Source: a virus
Virus record (IMG/VR): IMGVR_UViG_3300025084_000007
Coordinates: 1 to 64,000 of that record
Length of the DNA stretch: 64,000 nt
Direction: 5' to 3' (one strand)
Both the position numbers and the translations under genes were made by a program. Positions within the stretch are counted from its first letter, which is position 1, and every line of letters starts with the position of its first letter. A model generated the notes under the pieces. It was not told the DNA's origin, did no database searches, and saw nothing but the letters and a program-made list of their open reading frames with translations. Shown here one piece after another: positions 1-7,867 of this stretch.

Positions 1-2
1 TA

Positions 3-71
3 GATTCATCCATGGTTGACGTCATTAAAGAAAGGAACGAAACGATCCAACGCCAAATCGATCAGATGTGA
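3..71 (+). CDS. 3' end of a small hypothetical protein (truncated by window edge)
   Basis: Open frame DSSMVDVIKERNETIQRQIDQM ending TGA at 69-71, just before a promoter. Confidence 0.5.
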   Translation, partial: DSSMVDVIKERNETIQRQIDQM

Positions 72-108
72 CAATCTAGCAACTGTACCCAATATCGGGT
101 TTCCACGG

Positions 109-136
109 TTGGCAGCACCCCCAAATCTGCTACAAT
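109..136 (+). promoter_or_regulatory. sigma70-like early promoter
   Basis: TTGGCA (109-114), 16-bp spacer, extended -10 TGcTACAAT (128-136), upstream of ORF 184. Confidence 0.6.
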
Positions 137-183
137 ACAGACAAGCGGGAAACCGTTACCGCTAAAACCTTTTCTCTCTCATC

Positions 184-525
184 ATGCGTAAAATCGAAAC
201 CCAAATGTGTAACGCCATCCAGGCAAACCAAGATTTCAAATCAGGTAACACTCAAGTCATCACGATTGAAGGCGTTTCTTTCATCTATCTCCATGGCAAT
301 CAGATTGCAACAGTGGACGAAGATAGCATGACAATCTATGATGGAGGTTGGCAGTCTAATACAACTAAATCAAGACTTAACGCTCTATGTGATTACTTCT
401 GTGTTGCTGGTGAAGGTGTATTCCAAAAGGATTTCGTCTGGTATGTAAGAAAGTTCGCTGGACAGTTTGGCGATCAAAAGTATTTCAAAACAGAAGAATT
501 CTCTAACGGTTACATCTTCGCATGA
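184..525 (+). CDS. hypothetical protein (early-type cyanophage ORF)
   Basis: 113-aa ORF with ATG start, downstream of a sigma70-like promoter. Confidence 0.85.
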   Translation: MRKIETQMCNAIQANQDFKSGNTQVITIEGVSFIYLHGNQIATVDEDSMTIYDGGWQSNTTKSRLNALCDYFCVAGEGVFQKDFVWYVRKFAGQFGDQKYFKTEEFSNGYIFA

Positions 526-599
526 TTAAATCTAAGAAAGAATGGGCACAAATCTATGCCAAATTCTATTCAATCATCTTCATCCTTATTGTACTATAA
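522..599 (+). CDS. 25-aa putative single-TM peptide
   Basis: MIKSKKEWAQIYAKFYSIIFILIVL; ATGA overlap with the stop of ORF 184-525; absent from ORF track. Confidence 0.45.
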   Translation: MIKSKKEWAQIYAKFYSIIFILIVL

Positions 600-622
600 C
601 TAGTCACTCCCATTCCTATTAG

Positions 623-883
623 TTTTCCACAGATGAAAGACTTCATTCAAGGGCAACAAGTTACTTATCAACACCATACAGGTAAAGTTAACTTTATCGG
701 TGATCACTATGTAACACTAACTATTAGAGAATGGGATAAACTCCCGCAGGAACAAGAAAACGCTAAACGTAACACTAATCAAGTTAACCTATGTGTATAC
801 AGAGAACAATGGAGTAACATTCATTTAGTCCCTACACAGGTTGATAATACTTTTTCCACAGATAATGCGGAAATTGTGGAAAA
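623..883. promoter_or_regulatory. cluster of cyanobacterial-type DnaA boxes (TTTTCCACA)
   Basis: Exact TTTTCCACA at 623-631 and 852-860; reverse copy TGTGGAAAA at 875-883. Confidence 0.5.
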
Positions 884-890
884 CTATTAA
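633..890 (+). CDS. hypothetical protein
   Basis: 85-aa ORF with ATG start. Confidence 0.7.
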   Translation: MKDFIQGQQVTYQHHTGKVNFIGDHYVTLTIREWDKLPQEQENAKRNTNQVNLCVYREQWSNIHLVPTQVDNTFSTDNAEIVENY

Positions 891-939
891 TAAATCTATT
901 TGTGTTACTTATTTGCCTTTAATGTCCTTCAGAGTTGTA

Positions 940-968
940 CTCTTAGCATGTTCTCTAAGAGATGTCAA
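940..968 (-). promoter_or_regulatory. leftward sigma70-like promoter
   Basis: Minus-strand TTGACA (968-963), 17-bp spacer, TGcTAAGAG (948-940). Confidence 0.45.
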
Positions 969-1042
969 CCCCTCTGAAATACTCGGAGGATACTCTCATC
1001 ACCATTGCTAATCATTCCCCTCTGAGGGTCATACAGAGGCAC

Positions 1043-1071
1043 TTGACAAACTATCAAATAGATGCTACAAT
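1043..1071 (+). promoter_or_regulatory. strong sigma70-like early promoter
   Basis: TTGACA (1043-1048), 17-bp spacer, TACAAT (1066-1071) with extended TG. Confidence 0.8.
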
Positions 1072-1116
1072 TAACCTTGTAGAGGTTCAGAAACACTCCT
1101 TGTATCTTTGAGACTT

Positions 1117-1323
1117 ATGCAGTACATTATCTACGACAACACAGAGACACTTAGAGCAACCTTCGTAAGTGTCTACGACCTTGAGAAGTACATCGATGGT
1201 GTTAGAAACTCTCGGGGAGATAGTTACCCAAATACTCCGAGAATGTCTACCTTTGATTACATCAAGTCTATCGGATGGTACTGGGAGGTTATTGACAAAA
1301 CAGCAGAGGTTAGTGTATACTAG
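1117..1323 (+). CDS. hypothetical protein
   Basis: ORF-track frame 1108-1323; first ATG at 1117 (MQYIIYDN...), downstream of a strong promoter. Confidence 0.7.
   Translation: MQYIIYDNTETLRATFVSVYDLEKYIDGVRNSRGDSYPNTPRMSTFDYIKSIGWYWEVIDKTAEVSVY
1292..1321 (+). promoter_or_regulatory. sigma70-like promoter
   Basis: TTGACA (1292-1297), 18-bp spacer, TATACT (1316-1321). Confidence 0.5.
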
Positions 1324-1509
1324 TAGAGGTTATCGGAGGTCCTTTGAGTAACACTTAGCGACAGTTGCTAAATGTCATATAGGCAGTTTATTGGGCCCCT
1401 TAAATATAAAAAAGGGCCATAACCTAACCTACAAAGGTTCCCCAGAGCGAGTTCTATATTATTTCAAAGATTAATTCCACAAGATTCAAAAAAATTTCTG
1501 AGGTAAAAA

Positions 1510-1728
1510 ATGGATGCTAAGACCCGCGTAGAGAGACAAGAGACTCGTGTATGGGCAATTGAGCAATTAATAAGGTTAGAGGCATTTCTAGACCCTCGGA
1601 TGTACGAGTGTGCAGACTATTACGCATCATCTTATGCTTCTCAGGTTGTAGAAGATCTATATACACTATGGGTTGAGTGGAAAGAAGATAATCCCACGAG
1701 TAATCCCCAAGTAATAAACCGTATGTAG
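1510..1728 (+). CDS. hypothetical protein
   Basis: 72-aa ORF preceded by a GAGGT RBS. Confidence 0.8.
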   Translation: MDAKTRVERQETRVWAIEQLIRLEAFLDPRMYECADYYASSYASQVVEDLYTLWVEWKEDNPTSNPQVINRM

Positions 1729-1732
1729 AGTT

Positions 1733-1903
1733 ATGTCCCAGAGATTCACAACAACGTTAGAAGAGGATGATTTAGGAGATTTGATATTAACAATACCCTA
1801 TGAGGTATGTGAGGAGATGGGGTGGGATATTGGTACAGAATTAGAGTATGAACTTGATGAACAATCGTTTATTTTAAAAAGACATGACGAGTCCGAAAAT
1901 TGA
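1733..1903 (+). CDS. small AbrB/SpoVT-like (swapped-hairpin) protein
   Basis: MSQRFTTTLEEDDLGDLILTIPYEVCEEMGWDIGTELEYELDEQSFILKRHDESEN (56 aa, below track cutoff); the L-T-I-P-x-E-x4-G-W-x2-G-x2-L pattern is typical of AbrB/MazE. Confidence 0.65.
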   Translation: MSQRFTTTLEEDDLGDLILTIPYEVCEEMGWDIGTELEYELDEQSFILKRHDESEN

Positions 1904-2117
1904 TCGCTGGGAAGATAATTCCGAAGCACACAAGATTATTAATGAATGTTTAGTATCATTAGCCGAGAGGTTAAAGAAACTAGAAGAGTATGTAATAAAT
2001 ATTCCAACGCCAGATAAGATTTTATATAAACCGAGTGGTGAAGAGGAGTATTTAAATTTAAAAGAGAATTATGATTTAATTTACAAGAGTATAAAGGAAT
2101 TACAAGATGGGGTGTAA
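1884..2117 (+). CDS. hypothetical coiled-coil protein
   Basis: 77-aa ORF overlapping both neighbours. Confidence 0.75.
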   Translation: MTSPKIDRWEDNSEAHKIINECLVSLAERLKKLEEYVINIPTPDKILYKPSGEEEYLNLKENYDLIYKSIKELQDGV

Positions 2118-4665
2118 AACTAGTTATTCTTCAGGAGAAGGTAGTCCATGTTTTAGGGACGATCATTGTCAGACGAGTGTACCGTTACCAGCAAATCAAG
2201 CAACCACTGTAGAATTTCGTGAGTATCCACTTTCAGAGATTCGTGATAGTAATATCAATTATAAGATTGATAGGAGAGATAGTGTTGCGATTATGCATCC
2301 CAGTATTGCGTTACCCGCACAACCGTCGCCGCCAGCAGCAAGTGGTGCAACATGTGGAAAAGTGTTTAGACCAGCTGGATGTGTTGATATTAGTCGATGG
2401 GTATATGATTATGTACCTAATGAGTTATCGTTTGACTTAGGATTTAGTGATCGATATTTTTCGTATATGTATGACACTGCAGTGAATGCTGGTCATGTTG
2501 GTATTGCGTGTTATTACTTAGAGGACGAAACCACCACAAATACGTCAGCAAGTACTCCTCCTAGTGGTGGAGCACCAGGTGATCCTGGTTATAATCCAGG
2601 CAGTCCTGGTACATCAACTACAACCAGTGGTACTATTTGTAAACCATGTACAGCGTTTTCGTGTGCTCCAACTAAGACAAACATGAGTTATTCTGGTGTA
2701 GAAGACGAGACGGGTGACCCCGACGCGCCGCACGCCACGTTATTTGCAGTTGGTACTGATACAAATAAAGTTGTAGTATCATATGATTCGTTAAGTACTA
2801 CCATACCAGATGGTGTTACTGATATGGAGTTTTCATATGATGGTGTAACTTATACTGATGTATGGGATCAGACAATACAAGGAGGTGTTGAGTACGAATC
2901 ACCACAGAATCCATTTGTAACTGGTCAGAATCAGTTAACCGATTTTGAAGTTTATAATTTAGATGTTGGTCTAGCAACGGGATTACGAATCAAAATTAGG
3001 ATTACATCCATTGCAGATGACACTGTAACGCCTGGACCCACTTACTCTGGTGTCAGATGGCAGATTACAGAACTTATGGACCCTGGAGCAGGGTATACAG
3101 TAGGTACAGTGATTCCTTTGACGTATGATTATACGACTCCAAGTAATACTGTAGTGACTCTGACAATGAATTTAAAGATTACTGGGGTTGGTCCTACTGT
3201 ATCAGTAGCATCTCAAGCAGGATTTGAAATCTTAAGAAAGGGTGATACTCTTAATGGTCATGTAGTAACTCGGGCATACCATACTGATATTGATAATTTT
3301 CCTTATCATGTCATTTATTTGGATGGCAATGGTAATAATTTTGTTAAAGAAACTCAATATACATCCGATAGGAATCATGTAGTTACTGCAAAAGCAGGGT
3401 TTGGTATTGTAGATAGAGCAATATTAGTAGGCAAGTATGAATTCAACGACAAGTCTATACAATATAACACTGTAGATGTTGATAAGAATGCACCCGATGT
3501 GTTTAATACACTTGTACAACCCGTAGTTGATATCACAGTAAACAATAAAGGGAGGATAACTGGTGCCACAATCGTCTCTGGAGGTTCTGGATGGAGTGAT
3601 AATGCTAATCTTGTGGTCAGTTCTCCGCAGGAAAGTACAAAGTTTATCTTAAATGAGGACGGCAATGTCGAAAAAGTGATTTTTAAAGATCAAAACAGCT
3701 CTAAAATCGCGAAATTGAAGGGAACTTTCAGTGGTGGAGTGCTAACTGCGGTAGATATTATCGATAGAGGGAGAGGATACAACGCAACAATCACAAATGT
3801 TGACGGAGATGGCAACGAATACGTCGAAGATAACCCTCCTATCGTATTTGTAGCGGATATTGTCAATTATAAAACGCAAACTACCCCAAATGCAGCGTAT
3901 CGACCCGAAGACGCGGCAGATCACATGGATACTTTGAGTAAATTTCCTCAAGATATCTCTCCAGAACTCACAAATGAGATTTCTAGCGGATTTGACATGA
4001 AAGTTCAGTATGCTGATGACATTCCGAGAGCAAATCTCACTCAAAAACGCGATCCTGAGCGATTAAAGATCGATACACAACCGCAGAGACTATATTCTAA
4101 GGAAGCAGTTGATGAATATAGGGAAACTTATGAGTTAAAAGAGGATTTGACGGAACAAATCCTTGCTGTTGACTTTGATAGTAGTATTAAGGATGCTGTT
4201 TTGAAAGGTCACTTAGATGAAACCAACGAAAGGATCGCACATTCCGATGCATTGGTGCAAGAACAGATCCCTGATGTTACAATTGGTCCCGAAGCATTGA
4301 TTGAAACAGTCCAAGGTACATTTAATGACCTTCCAGTTGCGTCAACCTACACTAAATACTTGATGAAACAATTTCGACCAGACTCAACTTCATCTATTAT
4401 GATTGACGTTACTCTTAGTTGTGAGGTTGCTCAACCAGGTTGCGCTCATGTACCATGCACCCCTGTACCATCTGTAGGAAGCAGTACAACCAACGCTGAT
4501 GGATCTACCACGACAACTACATATGCTGCTCCTGTAGGACCTCTGGGAGGCGGTTGTAGGAACTGGAGTGCAACTGGGGGTTTAGATATACTACATGATA
4601 TGACGGGTTCTGGTAATACTTTTCGTGAAGCATGTGATGCATATGGAAATCCTTACACCACTTAG
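2107..4665 (+). CDS. putative virion structural protein with Cys-rich termini
   Basis: 852-aa ORF with GxGY beta-repeats like other virion proteins here; directly upstream of PAAR and gp25. Confidence 0.75.
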   Translation: MGCKTSYSSGEGSPCFRDDHCQTSVPLPANQATTVEFREYPLSEIRDSNINYKIDRRDSVAIMHPSIALPAQPSPPAASGATCGKVFRPAGCVDISRWVYDYVPNELSFDLGFSDRYFSYMYDTAVNAGHVGIACYYLEDETTTNTSASTPPSGGAPGDPGYNPGSPGTSTTTSGTICKPCTAFSCAPTKTNMSYSGVEDETGDPDAPHATLFAVGTDTNKVVVSYDSLSTTIPDGVTDMEFSYDGVTYTDVWDQTIQGGVEYESPQNPFVTGQNQLTDFEVYNLDVGLATGLRIKIRITSIADDTVTPGPTYSGVRWQITELMDPGAGYTVGTVIPLTYDYTTPSNTVVTLTMNLKITGVGPTVSVASQAGFEILRKGDTLNGHVVTRAYHTDIDNFPYHVIYLDGNGNNFVKETQYTSDRNHVVTAKAGFGIVDRAILVGKYEFNDKSIQYNTVDVDKNAPDVFNTLVQPVVDITVNNKGRITGATIVSGGSGWSDNANLVVSSPQESTKFILNEDGNVEKVIFKDQNSSKIAKLKGTFSGGVLTAVDIIDRGRGYNATITNVDGDGNEYVEDNPPIVFVADIVNYKTQTTPNAAYRPEDAADHMDTLSKFPQDISPELTNEISSGFDMKVQYADDIPRANLTQKRDPERLKIDTQPQRLYSKEAVDEYRETYELKEDLTEQILAVDFDSSIKDAVLKGHLDETNERIAHSDALVQEQIPDVTIGPEALIETVQGTFNDLPVASTYTKYLMKQFRPDSTSSIMIDVTLSCEVAQPGCAHVPCTPVPSVGSSTTNADGSTTTTTYAAPVGPLGGGCRNWSATGGLDILHDMTGSGNTFREACDAYGNPYTT

Positions 4666-4671
4666 ACTACT

Positions 4672-5226
4672 ATGACAGCATTTGCCGCAATATACATGGG
4701 ATCCTGTTCTGGACATGGAGCAGGTGCTGCAGGTTCTTGGCACCCAGGACCTGGAGGAGGACCTGTTACACCTTGTTCTCCTGGTAATCTACCTTCGATC
4801 ACACATTTACCAGGTCCTGTCCATGATGTTATGGGACAATGGTTACCAACGCCACTATTACCATTAACTCCATTGGGAGCAGCCCGAAATGTCTTTATTA
4901 ATGGTATAATTCCTATTGTAGACCAAGATCTACTCACACCTCACCCAACACTAACAGTTTATCAAGCAACTAGAACAGTTGGTAAATGTACCATTGTGGC
5001 ACCAACAAATGCCTGGTGGTGTCATACATATACTGGAGTAGGATCAGTAGCTGGTAGAGAGCCACCTACTGGTCATGCTCGTAAAGCATTAGCAACTACT
5101 AAATCTGTCTGGATTAATGGTAGGCGTGCTTGTAAGGTAGGAGATCCTTTAGGGGATGGTACAACTCTATTCCCATGCAGGTCTCTTATTGGTGGCGGGT
5201 CACCCAACGTTATTATCGGAGTTTAA
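4672..5226 (+). CDS. PAAR-domain tail spike tip protein (T4 gp5.4-like)
   Basis: CSGHG, NVFING, SVWINGRRACKVGD and GSPNVIIG motifs; position before gp25. Confidence 0.8.
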   Translation: MTAFAAIYMGSCSGHGAGAAGSWHPGPGGGPVTPCSPGNLPSITHLPGPVHDVMGQWLPTPLLPLTPLGAARNVFINGIIPIVDQDLLTPHPTLTVYQATRTVGKCTIVAPTNAWWCHTYTGVGSVAGREPPTGHARKALATTKSVWINGRRACKVGDPLGDGTTLFPCRSLIGGGSPNVIIGV

Positions 5227-5227
5227 A

Positions 5228-5374
5228 ATGGCAACACGAGCAAAGTCCCCTACTGGGGCAAACATGATTGAAGCAACACCTAAGAAAAGTAGGCAAGGAA
5301 GGGGAAAGCATACAAAATATGCTGCAACCTCAAGGAATAGCGCCAAGAAGCGTTATCGTGGTCAGGGAAGGTGA
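5228..5374 (+). CDS. small highly basic protein
   Basis: MATRAKSPTGANMIEATPKKSRQGRGKHTKYAATSRNSAKKRYRGQGR; ATG at 5228 just after the PAAR stop. Confidence 0.7.
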   Translation: MATRAKSPTGANMIEATPKKSRQGRGKHTKYAATSRNSAKKRYRGQGR

Positions 5375-5381
5375 ATAAATA
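5374..5381 (+). promoter_or_regulatory. T4-type late promoter
   Basis: AATAAATA about 25 nt upstream of gp25. Confidence 0.6.
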
Positions 5382-5405
5382 GATAAGATATATCTCATCG
5401 TGTAG

Positions 5406-5825
5406 ATGGCATTAAAGGAACTAGGGGGAAAGGACTTTAAAAAGTCTCGATCTTTCTCCGACATTTTAATTTCAATGCAAAGGAATCCTTTTACGGATGA
5501 TACCTCTGTTATTAAAGATGATAATGCCATCAAACAAGCAGTTAAGAATTTAGTACTTACGCAACCAGGTGAGAAACCTTTTCAACCGTTAGTCGGATCT
5601 AAAGTTTATAATCTCCTCTTTGAACCTCTAGATGCATTTACAGCAGATAGTATCAAGGATGAGATCATAAATACCATTAATCAGTATGAACCTAGGGTAG
5701 AACTTACAACTGTAGATGTTACTGCTATTACCGAGAATAACAAATTAAATGTTACTATTGAGTATAGGATTGTAGGGTTACCGATTGTTGAAACAATTTC
5801 ATTTGTTTTACAGAGACCTGAATAA
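5406..5825 (+). CDS. gp25: baseplate wedge subunit gp25
   Basis: AIKQAVKNLVLTQPGEKPFQP...YEPRV motifs of the GPW/gp25 family. Confidence 0.93.
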   Translation: MALKELGGKDFKKSRSFSDILISMQRNPFTDDTSVIKDDNAIKQAVKNLVLTQPGEKPFQPLVGSKVYNLLFEPLDAFTADSIKDEIINTINQYEPRVELTTVDVTAITENNKLNVTIEYRIVGLPIVETISFVLQRPE

Positions 5826-7861
5826 TGCAACCAAATAATTTAACAGCTTTAGATTTTGAGGACATTAAAGCCTCTATCAAGTCATACCTAAGAACAAGAA
5901 CCGAGTTTTCAGATTACGACTTCGATGGTTCTGCCTTGACATATCTTATTGATATGCTGGCGTATAATACTTACTACACCTCATTTAATGCAAACATGGC
6001 ATTGAATGAGGCATTTTTGCAGTCGTCTACAGTTAGAGATAATGTTATTAATATCTCTAAACTTTTAAATTATACACCAAGATCAATTTCGGCGTCTAAA
6101 GCATGTTTGAAATTTAAGGTACAGACCACTCAGGTTAATGGTGTTTATCCTAGTTCTATTACAGTAAAAGCTGGCGCAGTTTGCACAGGTGGTAGTTTTA
6201 TTTGGAATATTCTCAATGATATTACCGTTGCAGTTAATACAACTGATGGTTCTGCAGAATTTGACAATGTTACAGTTTTAGAGGGTTCTCTCCTCAATTT
6301 CACTTATATCGTAAATACGTTTGCTAGACAAGTATATACGATCCCATCTCAAGATGTAGATATCGATACTCTTACTGTTAGAATTAGATCTAACGAATCA
6401 TCTACAGCATCAGACATTTATAGTAAAGTTGATATTGTTACTAATTTAACTTCTACTAGCAAATCATATTTCGTATCAGAAGGCGAAGATATGAGATATG
6501 AAGTTAAATTTGGAGATGATAGTGTCGGTAGAGCAGTAAAAGATGGTGAGGTTATTGATCTTCAGTATTTGACTACTGTTGGTTCAATTGCAAATGAAGT
6601 TGCTAGATTCTCATTCATAGGTAGATTGGTAGATTCCTTTGATACTGCATATTCTGGTTCAGTCGCAACAGTAACAGTCAAGGAGAGATCGCAGCAAGGG
6701 TCTCCAGCAGAGAGTATTGAGTCTATTAAGTACAATGCTCCAAGGTTCTATGCATCGCAGTATAGGGCGGTTACAGCGCAAGATTATGCATTGATTGCAA
6801 AGAAACTATACACCAATGCTGATAGTGTTGTTGCCTATGGTGGAGATTCTCTAAATCCTCCCGTTTATGGAAAAGTATTCATTACAGTAAGGACAAAAAC
6901 AGGTTCTACACTTAATGATATTACTAAAAAGCAACTTTCTGCCGATTTAAGAAAGTATGCAATGGCTGCTATCGATCCAGTTATTATTGATCCTGATAAT
7001 ATCTACATTTATAATAAAATCTTTGCACTCTATGATACTGGAAGTGGATCAAATTCATCTGCAATTAAAACCAATATCCAGAATGCTATAGGTGAGTGGG
7101 CTAGTCAAGTTGCTATCAATAACTTTAACTCCACATTTAAGAATCAGGACTTTCAAAGAGCAATTAGTCTTTCAGATTCTGCAATTAGTGACGTTTCTGT
7201 TCAAACAACTCTTTTGAAGTATATTGAACCTACTACAAATCAAACAAACACATATTGCATTTCAACTGGAAACGCTCTTTATAATAGTGCTCCCAGTCAA
7301 GATGGTTCTGATGGTTCTGATGGATGTAAAAAAGAACCTATTCTATCATCGGGAACTTTCAGGACTTTTGATAGACCTGGTGTCGATCAACAGTTTGAGG
7401 ATGATGGATATGGAAATCTTAGAACATATTACAATAGTGGCACTAAAAAGGTCTATACGAGTGATAGTGCAGGAACTGTAAATTATGATACTGGCGAAGT
7501 TTGTTTCGGTCCTATCAATCTTATCGGTGCAGGAGTAAATACCACTCCATCTACTAATCTCAATCTTTCAGATTCTGTTACTGGATCAGGATTGGTTATT
7601 GATCTAGATCTACTTCCAACTGGTCTTAAAATCCCAGTACTGCTCATTCCAGCAAACAGTACAACCATTCCTGCATCTACTCCTGGAACGATTATTAACA
7701 TCATCAATCCTGAGGTTACAGTTGCCCCAATCGGCACTACTCCCCCTACTACTATACCTCTAAATAGTTTGACGCCAAGTGTATTCAATGCTATTCCAAC
7801 TACCATTGAACTTACACCATTAGACAATAGCGGCTCCGTAAACACTTCTAGTTGTTTTTAA
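5825..7861 (+). CDS. gp6: baseplate wedge subunit gp6
   Basis: LDFEDIKASIK, DYDFDGS, LAYNTYY, ESIESIK, RAVTAQDY motifs. Confidence 0.93.
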   Translation: MQPNNLTALDFEDIKASIKSYLRTRTEFSDYDFDGSALTYLIDMLAYNTYYTSFNANMALNEAFLQSSTVRDNVINISKLLNYTPRSISASKACLKFKVQTTQVNGVYPSSITVKAGAVCTGGSFIWNILNDITVAVNTTDGSAEFDNVTVLEGSLLNFTYIVNTFARQVYTIPSQDVDIDTLTVRIRSNESSTASDIYSKVDIVTNLTSTSKSYFVSEGEDMRYEVKFGDDSVGRAVKDGEVIDLQYLTTVGSIANEVARFSFIGRLVDSFDTAYSGSVATVTVKERSQQGSPAESIESIKYNAPRFYASQYRAVTAQDYALIAKKLYTNADSVVAYGGDSLNPPVYGKVFITVRTKTGSTLNDITKKQLSADLRKYAMAAIDPVIIDPDNIYIYNKIFALYDTGSGSNSSAIKTNIQNAIGEWASQVAINNFNSTFKNQDFQRAISLSDSAISDVSVQTTLLKYIEPTTNQTNTYCISTGNALYNSAPSQDGSDGSDGCKKEPILSSGTFRTFDRPGVDQQFEDDGYGNLRTYYNSGTKKVYTSDSAGTVNYDTGEVCFGPINLIGAGVNTTPSTNLNLSDSVTGSGLVIDLDLLPTGLKIPVLLIPANSTTIPASTPGTIINIINPEVTVAPIGTTPPTTIPLNSLTPSVFNAIPTTIELTPLDNSGSVNTSSCF

Positions 7862-7867
7862 AAATAG

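Noticed and set aside
7301-7324. 9-bp tandem repeat GATGGTTCT in gp6
   Set aside because: A short in-frame DGS repeat in a probable loop; it cannot cause phase variation.
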